Source: Octopus sinensis
Lineage: Eukaryota
Length of the DNA: 64,000 bases
Assembly: GCF_006345805.1 (NCBI RefSeq)
Contig: NC_042998.1
Coordinates: forward strand, 168,764,001 to 168,828,000
Reading direction: 5' to 3'
This document shows, in pieces, positions 40,825 to 54,720 of this stretch (the first letter of the stretch is position 1; each line of letters starts with the position of its first letter). A program made the position numbers and the translations under genes. Under the pieces are notes generated by a model that saw only the letters and a program-made list of their open reading frames with translations, had not been told where the DNA came from and searched no databases.

Positions 40825-43800
40825 ATATGCACAAATGTATACGTATGTATACGAATAAAGGAGATACTCAATAATCAATGCTAAACTCAGTGTTCTTTAG
40901 AAAGGGAGCAAAGCCGTAGTAGTGACAACTTCATACCCTACAATCACTACGTACCTATTCAAAGACACCATGCTGCAACGACTTTATATTTAAGATTCAT
41001 TCGTTATTAAATGGTTTATCTAAGTAAATTATGAAATTTATGTAAAAAATGTCATTAAAATGTTTTTGTTCACTTTATCTATAAAAATATTCAGATTTTA
41101 TTCATAATTATATCAGTTTCCACCAATTCATACTTTTATCCATCAGCTTAAAGTATAATGATACGTATAGACGTTTGGAATAAGAAACAGAAACGGTACG
41201 AATAATAATACGACATTTAAAATCTTTAAATAATATTAAGGCACATTGCATAAGAACAACAACAAAAATAGTGGGTATACAATCTTTTAGCGTATTTAAA
41301 TACAGATTTGCTACTTTTTAATATTTTCATATTGATCTAACACCTAACTAAGGGAAAATAAACTTTTTCAAAATTTAAATGTAAAAAGTAAGACTTGACA
41401 ATGTATATTCTTTCGTCGAAAACACTATTGCCTGTTAATATTGTTTACCGCATCACAGTCGATGCAGATTTGTTCACGCATGTATTTAAAAAGCCTTTTG
41501 TGTCTTTCAAATAAATATAACGTCTTCACAATATGAAAAAATTACCTTAATTAAAAATTTCATTTCATTCATTCTAGCTTTGTTTACAGCACAAACTATT
41601 ATACGTCCGAGCTTGTATGTGGGTGTTCTATTTGTAAGATTAGCAATGAAATATCCTTAAATCGTAAATTATTATCTTCAAAATGTAAAGATACAGAGGA
41701 TTCTATAGTTCTAAGTCTTTAAAAATGTCATGATGATCATAAATGAAACGATCTTGACCCAAGGCCTGATTTATCAGAGCTTGGGTAGAGTTCACAGACA
41801 CATCTAAATAACATTTCGTGCCCTAGCGAGATATAAAATTATGTTCGTGCATTTTACTTGAATATGTATAACTGCAACGTCATCGAATCCGTAATTGACT
41901 CGGTTTTCCTGAATACACATGGCTAAATTGTGTGAAAAGAAATATTGCCCCAACACCCACATGTTAACATTCTTTTAAATGGTTTCATTAAATTGATTTT
42001 CTTCTTTGCTTGCTTTTGAATATAATGAAGATGTAACACACTCATTGAATCCTACACTTATACTATCAAGATAATAGATTTGTTCCCTTACGTACAGTAA
42101 AGTATAAATAATTATCTGATACTGCTTTTCTTTCCCATAATGTAAAACTACGCGGTAAGGGGTCTCCTGTTCTTATGCTAGTGTCATCTACAAATAATCT
42201 CACAGGAGGAAATTGAATAAATGTACTTGACTCGGTTGAACGCTTAACTTGCATATTGCAATGACAACAATACATTGTATCACTTAGCAATCCCCACCTG
42301 TAGTGCATCAAAGTTACTTATAAACCATTTGAAAACTAGTGAAGTATCTCAGAATGTTTTCAATGCAGTGATCAGGCAAGCGCCTTTATAATGTGTCCTG
42401 TTTCAGGAAATGTCAGATATTCTGGTAGTGAGGATCGATCCATCTAAATTAATGAAATAGAACCAAAGTTTGTGGAATCGCATTCATTTGACATTCTTTG
42501 TCGAACTTCTCTATCTCCTATCTGCTTACACACTTCCTCTTTTCAATATTTCTACCTTACATTATTGCAGTCTCAAACTTTGCTAATCCCTCCCACTTAT
42601 TTTATCCGAGAGAAAGACATCAGATTTCTTGATACAATAACGACTGATTTATGCATTGCAATGTCTATTAAAATTTCATCATGTTTAACTACAATAACTC
42701 AAGTTTATCTAACTACATTAGTTCTTACAATCTAACAGCATTAATGTGCAATATCTATTTAACAATAGTTCTTGATATCTAATAACACAATTTTGCAATA
42801 TTTGATTGCAATATCTCAGAATATCTAACAGCAATATTTTACCAAATTTAACTATTATAATCTTACTTTGGTAAGAGTCTAGGATTGACAAAATCATTAG
42901 AGCATCGTACAAGATACTTCGAGTTCAATTGCTATCAAGGTTGATTTAGACTTACATCCTTTTGGGATTCGAAACATAAGTACCAATGAATTATTGGAAT
43001 CAATTTCATTGGCATTACCTTTGTCTACAGTGTGAGATCTTGTGTCTTCGTTGAAAATCAACATCTTACTACGATGCTTCAAAATACCTCGCTTAAATAT
43101 CTTTCGATATATAATTGCAATATATCATGATATCTAATAATATGCCGCGATACCTAATACATATTGATATGTAACTACTATATTTTAATATCTAGCAACA
43201 CTCAACATGTCAAACTAGAATATTAGACGATATTTAGCTACAGCATCTTCAGATCCTAAACTTCTATATCGTAAAGTATCTGATTATAATATATCGTTTT
43301 ATCAACAACAATACCTCGTGATATCTAGCAATAATATTTCTATATTTTCTGTATATATTGAAAGGAAAGAAAATATATTGTGCAAGGAAAGCAAAATATT
43401 TTAAAATAAAGCGGAGAAAACATCTTTATTGCCTATGGATATGATATTCCATAATAGTATATAAGAATTTTCAAAAATATATAGATCAAGATGAAAACTA
43501 TAAATTAAGTTAGAGGCACATAAAATGCTGAGTAAGTAAAATGCTAAGGAGACTGTATCCATGACACCTACGCAAGACTGATCATTTTGTTGGGATATTT
43601 ATTCTCTACATTGCATGGCAGTATCAAATTACGTGAAAAATGATAGCAAAAATTATGTTAATCAACAAAATTTCCCGACTTGTTCTCATATCTTGTTGAT
43701 GAAACTCATAAAAAGGAAAACAAAGCAAACAGGAGCTCAGTTTTGCTTCGAATTTTGTGTAGAATGGTAGGTGCTTTTTTTTTCCAAAAGTTCTACGAAA

Positions 43801-44059
43801 ATAATGGACATTGAATACAATATAATAAGACGACTGAAATTTCAAATTTAGCTCCATTCACACACAGATATTGGGTATATTCACTGAAAAGACGAGAAAA
43901 GTTTAAGTATGACATACTTATTTTTAAGGAGGTGAGTAACCCATATGAATAAGGCGTTCAATGTTTCCTATCCAATACACGTGTATTATTATATCTCTAT
44001 AAATGGCATTTAATTCTACAGGGATTTGATCACCTAACTGTCGAGGTTAAGTACCAAAT

Positions 44060-44225
44060 AAAGGCAGCGAGCTGATAGAATAGCTATGAAGCCGAGGTTA
44101 ACTTTGTCTTTCATCCTTTCGAGATCGATAAATTGAGTACCAGTTGAGCACTGCGATTCATGTAATCAACCAGCTCCTTCCCCGCAAAATATCAGGCCTT
44201 GTGCTTATAGCAGAAAGGATATTAC
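44060..44225 (+). mobile_element. SINE family A with internal deletion
   Basis: ggcagcgagctgatagaat...gccgaggttaactttgtctttcatcctttcgagatcgataaa...aggccttgtgcttatagcagaaaggatattac. Confidence 0.85.
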
Positions 44226-44924
44226 ATACCAAATATTTCTGGTGAAACTTACTTGTAACCCATAAAATATACACCAGATCAGCAACAAGATGGGAACAAC
44301 AGAACTGATTTTCAGTTTGATGCAGAATTTGACTTGCACATGTCATTGATTCATAATCTTAATGAGAAGCAAATTTGGAATCGATTTGTATATCATCCCA
44401 GAAGATATATCTTTTACTCACTTAACTGACCTGAGCTCAAACGAGTCCGATTCAAAAAAAGAAACCTCATAATGAATTTTTGTAAAATAAAAATTAACCC
44501 AGTCTGCCAAGATTAAGTACATCATAGTAATAGTTTATAGGAACTAAAGAACTAAACTTACAGATAGGTAAAACAATAAATCGTTTACACTAAATCACGA
44601 TTTGATCATAAGGGACGTGGACTGTTTATGACCATTGCACGGCACCTCAGATATTTGGTATTAATGTAATGATACACAGTCTGAACATATATGCGTGAAT
44701 TTCTGCAGAAATAATACAATAGTGAAAGAGCCGAGTATTTGGCTCAATTATTTGCTTGACTCAGTGTAAGCCTCAATAAAAACACCAAAGGACCAGTTGG
44801 TAGTATTAAATATAACAGATGCAGAAGCAGCGGGTGGTTATGTGAAATCATTGAAAAAAATGCGCCAGGCATATATCCCATGATTCCGCTGCTTCAGTAT
44901 CAGTTATGAGAAACAATATGGAAG

Positions 44925-45140
44925 AAAGTGAACGAGCTGGCAGAATCGTTAGCACGTTGGGCAAAATGATAAGCTGCATTTTGTCACTCTTTACGTCCTG
45001 AGTTCTAATTCCGTCGATGTTGACTTCGCCTTTCATTCTTTCGGGGTCGATTTAAAATGTACCCGTTGAACATTGGGGTCGATTTAATTGACTTACCCCT
45101 CCCCCAGAATTTTCTGGCCTTGTGCGAAAATTTGAGACCA
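44925..45140 (+). mobile_element. SINE family A
   Basis: gaacgagctggcagaatcgttagcacg...cctttcattctttcggggtcgat...cccctcccccagaattttctggccttgtgc. Confidence 0.9.
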
Positions 45141-45446
45141 ATATATATGCAGGAAAGAAGATACCTAGACTTTTCAAACAGACATTGTTGATAGAAATGA
45201 AGTAATTTCGCAGCGGAAACTGTAAATGAACTTGGTTTCGAGAGTTGATAGAGTAAAATTGGGTTCACAAAATGAATTAGTATATTTCTCAACAGAATTT
45301 ATTTCTTATTTTATCACTCTATTGATACCTGAATTCTTCATAACATATGATGTTTCAGACGAATGTAATTGAATTAGGAATTCACTTAGTTGACGGCATT
45401 CATGTTGTAGATCATTTCGCTGGTTAATAAGACTGTTTTACACACC

Positions 45447-45650
<204 letters not shown>

Positions 45651-45697
45651 GTTCATATATATACACATATGCATATACATATTCATATAGATATGAA

Positions 45698-46108
45698 TAG
45701 GCGCAGGAGTGGGTGTGTGGTAAGTAGCTTGCTAACCAACCACATGGTTCTGGGTTCAGTCCCACTGCGTGGCATCTTGGGCAAGTGTCTTCTGCTATAG
45801 CCCCGGGCCGACCAATGCCTTGTGAGTGGATTTGGTAGACGGAAACTGAAAGAAGCCTGTCGTATATATGCATATATATGTATATATGTGTGTTTGTGTG
45901 TGTGTGTGTGTTTGTCCCCCTAGCATTGCTTGACAACCGATGCTGGTGTGTTTACGTCCCCGTCACTTAGCGGTTCGGCAAAAGCGACCGATAGAATAAG
46001 TACTAGGCTTACAAAGAATAAGTCCCGGGGTCGATTTGCTCGACTAAAGGCGGTGCTCCAGCATGGCCGCAGTCAAATGACTGAAACAAGTAAAAGAGTA
46101 AAAGAGTA
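45698..46108 (+). mobile_element. SINE family B, full length, young
   Basis: Complete head, CORE-like block, internal (TA)(TG) tract and (aaagagta)n tail. Confidence 0.95.
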
Positions 46109-46171
46109 TATATATATATACATATATGTATACATTATATATATACATATGTATACATATATGTATATAAT

Positions 46172-46216
<45 letters not shown>

Positions 46217-46498
46217 CATATAAATATATGTATATATATATACATATATATGTATAATATCATATATATATGTATATATATGTATATATTATATATATAT
46301 GTATATATATATGTATATATATACATATATATATACGTATATATATTATGTGTATATATATATATACATATATATATAATATATATAATATTATATATAT
46401 ATATATATCTATAACATATATATATATAGACATATATATATATATATATACATAAATATATGTATGTATATATATACATATATATGTACATATATATA
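46109..46498 (+). repeat. (TA)n-rich compound microsatellite
   Basis: Direct reading. Confidence 0.97.
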
Positions 46499-46499
46499 C

Positions 46500-46655
46500 T
46501 TAGTTGAAATTTTCAGAAAAATAACATACAAAGCCAGGTGTATAAACAACAAACAGGTGTATTAGTTTAACGCTCGGGAAGGTGAGAAAGTCTTTTACGT
46601 TTCGAGCCTACACTCTTCAACAGAAATGAACACGAGGAAATAAACAGAGAGAATG
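46500..46655 (-). mobile_element. Copy 2 of the 11173-11320 repeat with decayed HHR core
   Basis: Minus strand CTGTTGA-A-GAGT-gtag-GCTC-GAAAC-GTA-aaaga at 46591-46623. Confidence 0.7.
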
Positions 46656-46693
46656 AAAAAAAAACTTTTAGAGCTAGTGGTCAATCATAATGG

Positions 46694-46733
<40 letters not shown>

Positions 46734-46736
46734 ATA

Positions 46737-46794
<58 letters not shown>

Positions 46795-47655
46795 TATACA
46801 TTTAGTGTACACGCAATGGAGAATAACAAGACAACATAAGAGGAACAATGTTTGATAAGTAAGGTGTTAGCTTAACGATATAATGGAAAGAGAGATTATT
46901 AATATTTCTGCTATTATTTCTTCATCCGAATGCGACGGAGGAATGGCCAATCACAGATGAAGTTGCTGAAGAGTTAGGAACCGTGTCGGGATGTAGCCCA
47001 AATTCGAGGTTAAGAAAGTAGGAGGAGGTGAGTATATGAAACTATAAAAGTGTATTCGTATCTGAAATTGAGCATATTAGGGCAGCAGGTTATGTGCTTT
47101 TATATGAGTATGTATGTAGAATTGAGAAAACGCCCCCCTCACCTATGCTTTGCATAAGCAAGTGGAGCGCATGAGCTGTATATGTGAGCGTTTGTGTGTG
47201 TGAATAACGTGAGAAAGTAATTTTAATACTTCTATTATTGAAAACAAGTGGATGTATTCCACTGAAACTAGGTAAATAAAGCCTTCGAACTGGGACGATC
47301 AGTAGCGACACCTGCAAGTCTGACTACGCTGCATTGATAAGGGGCAACAACCCTGAAACGTCTGTAGCTGTCTGACTGGCAGGATGAAGCGGCTGACCTC
47401 CCTTGTTCGAAGATTTGTATGGGACGCAGGTTCGTGTGTCAAATAGCTAGCTTGAGGCGGTGGCCTCTTGGAGCTAATCAGCGACAGCTTTAGTCTTATA
47501 TTTATAAGACTGCCATATTAGTATGGCGATAACTATTAATTTCCAGTAAGGCTGCCGTAATCTCCTTTAGAGAGACTTAGTAATTTTAATATTTCTATTA
47601 TATATATATATTTCTATTATATATAATATTTCTATTATATATACATAGGTATATA

Positions 47656-47696
<41 letters not shown>

Positions 47697-47857
47697 TGTG
47701 TGTGTGTATGTGTGTGGTGTGTGTGTGTATATAGCAGGAGAGGGAGGGAGAAGAATTCCAACCACGTTCACGTTTTGTTCGCAAATGAAGATCCATTGGT
47801 GTTGGCGTCTTATTTCTACTAAATAACATTCACGAATAATATTATGATATTATAATC

Positions 47858-47938
<81 letters not shown>

Positions 47939-48564
47939 TCCTGTATATATATATATAATTTTAAGAAAATAAGAAAAAACATAGATAATTAAACTAATAA
48001 TTATTTATTAATTATAAAATAGGATATCATCTCCATATAATTAATCTCATTATAATTAATAAATAATTATCAATTTAATTATCTCTGTTTTCGTATTTTC
48101 TTAAAATATATATAAACGCCGGTTTATCCAATTACCTACTGTTGAATATTAATTGTAATATTCAACTGTTCTTGTAATAGGTAATAAAACGAGTATATTC
48201 ATTGGATTTTATTATCCCTTAATGAAGTTTGTAACCTTTATTTGAAATTTTATATATATATCATCATCATCATCATCATCATCTCGTGTGTGTGTGTTTG
48301 TGTGTGTCTGTGTGTATGTGTGTGTGCTTTTCTTGAAACTCTTGTTCCAAATTTTTGTACACAAGCTGCAGCCTACAAAGGAACAATTTGAAATTTGAAA
48401 GGCCTGTAATTCTACAATGTACTTCCAAAAATATCAACGAAACCCTATTCAAACTCTATATAACATCCTATAACATCCCGAATCAGCCACCTACATCTAA
48501 GACTTCATCCAACTATTTCAAAACATGAAGGAGACGGCAAATATTATACCATAGCCTAAAGGGA

Positions 48565-48596
<32 letters not shown>

Positions 48597-49044
48597 AAAG
48601 GAAGGAAGGACGGAAGAAAGGGAGGCAGGAAGGAAAGAAGGAAGGAAGGAAGTCAGAAAAGAAGGAATGGAGGAAGGAACGAAGCCCAAAGAATGGAGAT
48701 CGATTGAATGGATTCCTCAGTCGTCTCGATGTATCAGGCCAAAAAGCACGTTTATTGTATATATGCATTTCTAGAGATTTCTAAAGACATACGTATGCAT
48801 ATATGCATATATGCTCAAATAAATGCATGAGTAGAAATGTTAGGCTATAAAAGACTTTAATGTTCTGCGTGTCACATTACGCTGTTGTTATCTAATTTCC
48901 ATTCAGAAAACCTGATTTTCCAAGTTGAAATGCGGCGCCAGGCTATACAGAATTCATTTAAGAAGAAACATATATATATATATATAAGTGTGTATGCATC
49001 ATGTGTAGGTGTTTGTGTGTGCGTGTGCATGTGTGTTTATGCAC

Positions 49045-49092
<48 letters not shown>

Positions 49093-49290
49093 GCACACAT
49101 ACATATGTATGGATTTGTGTGTAATCAGCGCTATGCATCCAAGTGTGTTGTGTAAGTGTGTCCTGACTAAAGGCAAAACATAAACGCGTAAATGTATGCA
49201 TATATCTGAATATATACATGCATTCATGGGCAGTTATATGTGCCTATATATCCATGCGAGTATAGGTGTGTATGCTTGTATATATATATA

Positions 49291-49862
49291 TTTTTTTTCT
49301 CTATTTTGTTGCACACACGCTACGCTTTTTACTAATACATACGCGGTGAAGCTACACTTTAGCGTCGTATTTTTACGTTCGCTATTTCCAGTAAATATCG
49401 GTACTTGTTGTGCCATTTATTTACTAATTTGTGTTTTTCCCTCCCTCACGGGCTACTTTTTACTGGAAGGCAATACTTTGTATTGCATTACTGATATTTT
49501 GAAACTTCTTCACCGTTTCTCGTACTGTTAGCGTTCCGTTTTCCGTCGAGTGTGTTAGTATTTATGTGGTAACATCGTAGTTTCTTCTTGGTATATGTTT
49601 GGCTGAAGAAGGTAAAGCAAATATGGGTGAGAGACATATCTTGCAAAACCTGAAACCTGCAGGTACCACACATTATCCATTTTCCGGGTGTTTCATCTTT
49701 CAGATGTTCCCCTGGAGGTAAGACGGTTTTTTTCTCTATTTTGTTGCACACACGCATTTTTACTAATACATACGCGGTGAAGCTACACTTTCGCGTCGTA
49801 TTTTTACGTTCGCTATTTCCAGTAAATATCGGTACTTTGTTGTGCCATTTATTTACTAATTT
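49291..49862 (+). mobile_element. Retrozyme-like or Penelope pseudo-LTR-like unit (~435 bp period, ~140 bp terminal direct repeat) carrying the intact HHR
   Basis: 49291-49430 is repeated nearly identically at ~49727-49862 (ctctattttgttgcacacacgc...ccatttatttactaattt). One HHR lies between the repeats, (TA)n flanks both sides, and no recognisable ORF is present. Confidence 0.7.
49595..49673 (+). ncRNA. Type-I hammerhead ribozyme with intact catalytic core
   Basis: Stem I ATGT-T-TGG / CCA-C-ACAT. Core CTGAAGA 49603-49609. Stem II AGGT/ACCT, extended by GCAA/TTGC and ATATG/CATAT. GAAAC 49652-49656. Palindromic helix III ACCTGCAGGT 49655-49664. Cleavage triplet GTA 49663-49665. Confidence 0.85.
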
Positions 49863-49952
49863 TTGTATATATATATATATTATATATATATATTATATAT
49901 TATATATATAGATAGATATATAAGATATAGATATATACATATATATATTATA

Positions 49953-49997
<45 letters not shown>

Positions 49998-50314
49998 ATA
50001 TATCATGATAGATAGATAGAAAGCAAGTATAAATATATACCTTCACATGAATAGATGCATGCATTCATATAAATACACACACACGCATATATATGCTGTA
50101 TGCATTTATACACTTGCATACATGCCTACGTCTGATTACATTCCACATACATACATACATGCATACGTGCATGCATACATACATACATACATACATACAT
50201 ACATACATACATACATACATACATACATACATACATGCATGTATGCATACATACATTGCAAATCCACACATGCACTGACTCCAAATACCCCACATATACA
50301 CGCATACATAAAAA

Positions 50315-50420
50315 TTAACCTGTTGATGTTGTTGAAATTCCAAAAAAGTAGCTTTAGATCTAAGAAACCGGTTCTTTTTCTATTGGCAAGAAATCTTGAA
50401 ATAAAATTGAATAGTGTCAT
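50315..50420 (+). mobile_element. (TACA)n-associated dispersed repeat, copy 2
   Basis: tgttgatgttgttgaaattcc...gatctaagaaaccgg...ctattggcaagaaatcttgaaataaaattgaata. Confidence 0.85.
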
Positions 50421-50639
50421 GTATACCAATTGCTATAACCTTTTCTACATGTTCTCTCAGTGTCTTGCTCTCTAACACGTCACAATGAATATTTGGTTAC
50501 ATATATGATATTCATCTTGCCTCGAATATTTTTGGAAGAGACAAAATTGTACAAACATTCATATATACGCTCTCATCTATATGTACGCATCATATAATTT
50601 AAAGTATTACGAGGACATCATACGTGTGGACCTGTATTG

Positions 50640-50678
<39 letters not shown>

Positions 50679-50689
50679 TATATACAATT

Positions 50690-50880
50690 TTTCTTTTACT
50701 ATCCTATATCTCGCCCAACCCCTAAACACTCATAATACTATAGAAAGAGACAAATCTCCTAAAAAATTCAAATCTGAAGAATCCACCAGATTGGATGCAA
50801 GCGCTAATGTATAAGTTATAAAAACCTGTGACATATTAATAAAAATCTGTAAATATAAAACCATCCAGATTTCTGAGTAC
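50690..50880 (+). mobile_element. Microsatellite-flanked element with near-complete HHR core
   Basis: aat-CTGAAGA-ATCCA-ccagat-TGGAT-GCA-AGCGCT-A-atg at 50771-50809. There is an A13C change; helix III is the palindrome AGCGCT. Confidence 0.55.
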
Positions 50881-50897
50881 CTTATTTCTTCTAATAC

Positions 50898-50966
<69 letters not shown>

Positions 50967-51579
50967 TGTGTGTGTGCAAACATATGTACATGCATGCATT
51001 CAACCAAATATTTGCAAACACCGAGAACTCGAAAATTCTTGTCATTTTGTTAGCGACCGACGTGAACTCTCTTGAAAAGAATTTAATAAAACTTCAATAA
51101 AACGCAAAGAAAAATACATACACTGAAATCCTAGGACGATTTTGAATTTAGATAAATATTGGAGTTTGGATTCCTAAATTTTGTGACTTTAATTCCACAT
51201 ATGATAGTATTAACTCCTGATACAACTCTACAACACTAACGCATTCATTTTATAGTCATCAGTAAAGACCTTATAACTGTTATCATCACCGATCATTGAT
51301 TTTAATCTTTGATTACAGTTTCAATTCTAATTTATAGGGTCTTGTTTAAGACGAATGCTTTTTCAAAGATAGCTCATTCGATAAAATTTGTCTAAGACAA
51401 TTAGTAAGCTTTAGAGCATAAATATCAGCTGCAAAGTGTGGTTCTAGATTGATTATCGTCTACGTATGGAATGATGGTGAGCATAGTTAATTCTATTTAA
51501 AATACACATTTTTTTCACTTACTTTTTCTACATATTAATGTCTACTTAAAATTGATAACTCCTTCATAATGGTCCTATA

Positions 51580-52240
51580 CATACATAAATACATACATAC
51601 ATATATAAATATATATTGCAGCTGATATATATACATACATATATATATATACATATATATATATACATATATATACATATATATATACATATACATACAT
51701 ATATATATACATATATATATACATATATATATATACATATATATATACATACATATATACATATATATATATACATACATATATATACATATATATATAC
51801 ATACATATATATACATATATATATATACATACATATATATATAATACATATATACATACAATATATATACATATATATATATACATACATATATATATAT
51901 ACATATATATATATATACATACATATATATATACATACATATATATATATATACATACATATATATATACTATATAATATACATACATATATATATATAT
52001 ACATGTATATATATACATACATATATATATACATATATATATATACATACATATATATATACTATAATATTATACATACATATATTATATACATATATAT
52101 ACATACATATATATATACAACATATATATATACACATATATATAGACATTATATACATACATATATACATACATATATATATTACATATATATACATACA
52201 TATATATATACATATATATACATACATATATATACAATAT
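51580..52240 (+). repeat. 660-bp (TA)/(TACA) compound microsatellite
   Basis: Direct reading. Confidence 0.97.
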
Positions 52241-52244
52241 ATCT

Positions 52245-53947
52245 AACATATTTGAGTACATCAACATCGAAGAAGATGATATCACACTAGCCATTGATGA
52301 GATTGACACAAAGCTCAGCTGCTGGATCTGATGGATTCCCAGCGATCCTTCTCAATCGTGCAAACGAGCCCTTGCAAAACCGCTACAGCTTCTTTTTCAG
52401 AGCTTTCTTGCAAGTGTAAGCTCCCATCAAACTGAAAGAGGGGGTAATATGCCCTATCCATAAGGGAGGTAGCAGAGCAGATGCTAAAAATTATAGGCCT
52501 ATCTCTCTGACCTCACACATCAGCAAAGTCATGGAACGAATAGTCCGTAAGAAACTAATCATGTTCCTTGAAGAAAATGACTTACTGTCTGACACCCAGC
52601 ATGGATTTCGACATGTAGAGGCTGCCTAACACAGCTCCTGCAACACTATGACTGGGTGTTGAAACAGCTACTAAATGGCTTAAATGTGGGATGTAATATA
52701 TCTTGACTTTGCAAAAGCCTTTGATAAAGTCGACCATGGTATGATCTGTCACAAACTGCGTGGTCTCGGCATAGCGGGAAACTTGGAGAGTGGGCTGCAC
52801 AACTTCCTAAAAGACAGAAAAAGGCATTTGTGAGCAATGGAGCCACCTCCAGGGAAACGCAAATAACAAGCGGTGTCCCACAGGGCACTGTCTTGGGCCA
52901 CTGATGTTCATAGTGGCCCTTTCATACATGCCTTCAGTTGCTACGATGACCACCCTTGCTAGCTATGCAGATGACACAAAAGTCTCCCACGCAATACAAA
53001 ACCCTGAAATATTGCGCATCTGCAACATGAGCTGGACACAATATACAGGTGGGCTGAGGACAACAACAATGCAGTTTATGCAGGTAAGTTCCAGCCCCTG
53101 CGCTACTGGCACACAAAGGTAAATGACGTGAAACTGGATACACTGGCCCAGGAAGAATTGCAATCCCTGAGTCAAAATCAGTGCGTGACCTGGCATTGAC
53201 ATGAGCAATGATGCATCTTTCCAAATGCATATTGCTAATCTGGTGATAAAATGCAGACGGCTGCTGATGGATTCTCCGAACTTTCAGAACAAGAGAGAAG
53301 GAGACACTGATGGTCCCGATGGAAAACATTTGTCCTCAGCCGCTTGGACTACTGCTCCCAACTTGGTCACCACACAATATAAAACAACAGCAGAACTCGA
53401 AGCAACTCAGAGAAGCTACACAAGAAAATCGTCTCAATCAAAATGTCAGCTACTGGGAAAGACTGAAGGTATTAAACCTCTTCTCCCTGGAGCGGAGGCG
53501 GGAGAGATATGCAGTGATATACATCTGGAAAATCCTGGAGGTCTTGTCCCAACTTTGGCATTCAAAGTTACTCCAACCGCAGAAACGGGGCGCCGCTGCC
53601 TGGTGCCAAGATTCCCAACATCACCATCAAAATACAGGTCCAGATACTGCAACAGCTTGGGTTTCAGAGGACCACAGCTCTTTACCTCCTCCCTAATGCC
53701 TGAGAGACTTACATGGTGTGGATGTGGGTTTCTTTAAAACTAAACTGGCTCTCTTCTTGTTGGGAGTCCCAGATGAACCTACCTCACGACAGGAGACACG
53801 GATGCGGGCAGCAGCATCGAACTCCCTTGTTGATCAAGTGCCACGTATCAGAGGTGGATTCACAAACTAGTGTAGCTCTTCAGCGTGGTGCCCCAGCATG
53901 GCCGCGGCCTTCGGGCTAAAACATTTTTAAGGGATTTAAGGATTTAT
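52245..53947 (+). mobile_element. 5'-truncated CR1/L2-like LINE, frameshifted reverse transcriptase and 3' UTR
   Basis: ...ICPIHKGGSRADAKNYRPISLTSHISKVMERIV...QHGFR...YLDFAKAFDKVDHG...SGVPQGTVLGP...LASYADDTKV... with many frameshifts. The 3' end is ggtgccccagcatggccgcggccttcgggctaaaac followed by the aagggatttaag tail. Confidence 0.93.
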
Positions 53948-53979
53948 CTATATACATACATATATATATTATATATAAC

Positions 53980-54010
<31 letters not shown>

Positions 54011-54118
54011 CATATATATATACATGCATATATATATATATATATATACATATATATATTACATACATCTATATATATATATATATATATATAGCGAGAG
54101 AGAGAGAGAGAATGAGAG

Positions 54119-54173
<55 letters not shown>

Positions 54174-54289
54174 GTGAGCAAAAGAGAGAGGTTTATGTCT
54201 GTCACCTTTTTTGATCTCTACTTCTAACGATACACGATCTGTATATTATATATATATGTGTGTGTGTGTGTGCGTGTGGTATGTATGTA

Positions 54290-54720
54290 TACAGTACAGA
54301 ACAGGAATTGTCATAACCATCAGAGATCAACAGAGGTGTAAGACAAGAGTGTGTGTTATTGTCACACTTATTTTATATGTATACCGAGTATATATTTAGT
54401 GAGCCAAATGAGATCAAAGGACTCAGTTAATGGCAGAAACATAACCAACATAAGATATGCTAATGATACATTATTATCAGTCAGTAATAAGAAATTGTAA
54501 GATATTGTTGATACTGTAAAGGGCAAATTACTAAGAATGTCCAAATATGAATGTAAAAATGACGAAGACAATGGTCATTAGTAAAGATGAACAAAGGGAA
54601 GTAAATATAAAGGTTGATGGACAGAAGCTTGAGCAAATAAAAAAAGTTCAGCATTTAGGACAAGGAGTTTATCAAGAAAGTCGCTGGGAAGAAGTTACTC
54701 AAGGAATAAAGAGGGCTAAG
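54290..54720 (+). mobile_element. RTE-clade LINE reverse transcriptase fragment
   Basis: SEINRGVRQECVL...NGRNITNIRYANDTLL...NVKMTKTMVISKDEQREVNIKVDGQKLEQIKKVQHLG. Confidence 0.85.

Noticed and set aside
42066-42311. ORF containing FVDDT / TGDPLP, reminiscent of reverse transcriptase motifs
   Set aside because: Motif order and context do not fit an RT convincingly, so it is too weak to call without a profile search.
42580-43350. Degenerate AT-rich repeats of tatctaacagcaata-like motifs
   Set aside because: There is no consistent period or boundary, so it was treated as low-complexity sequence.
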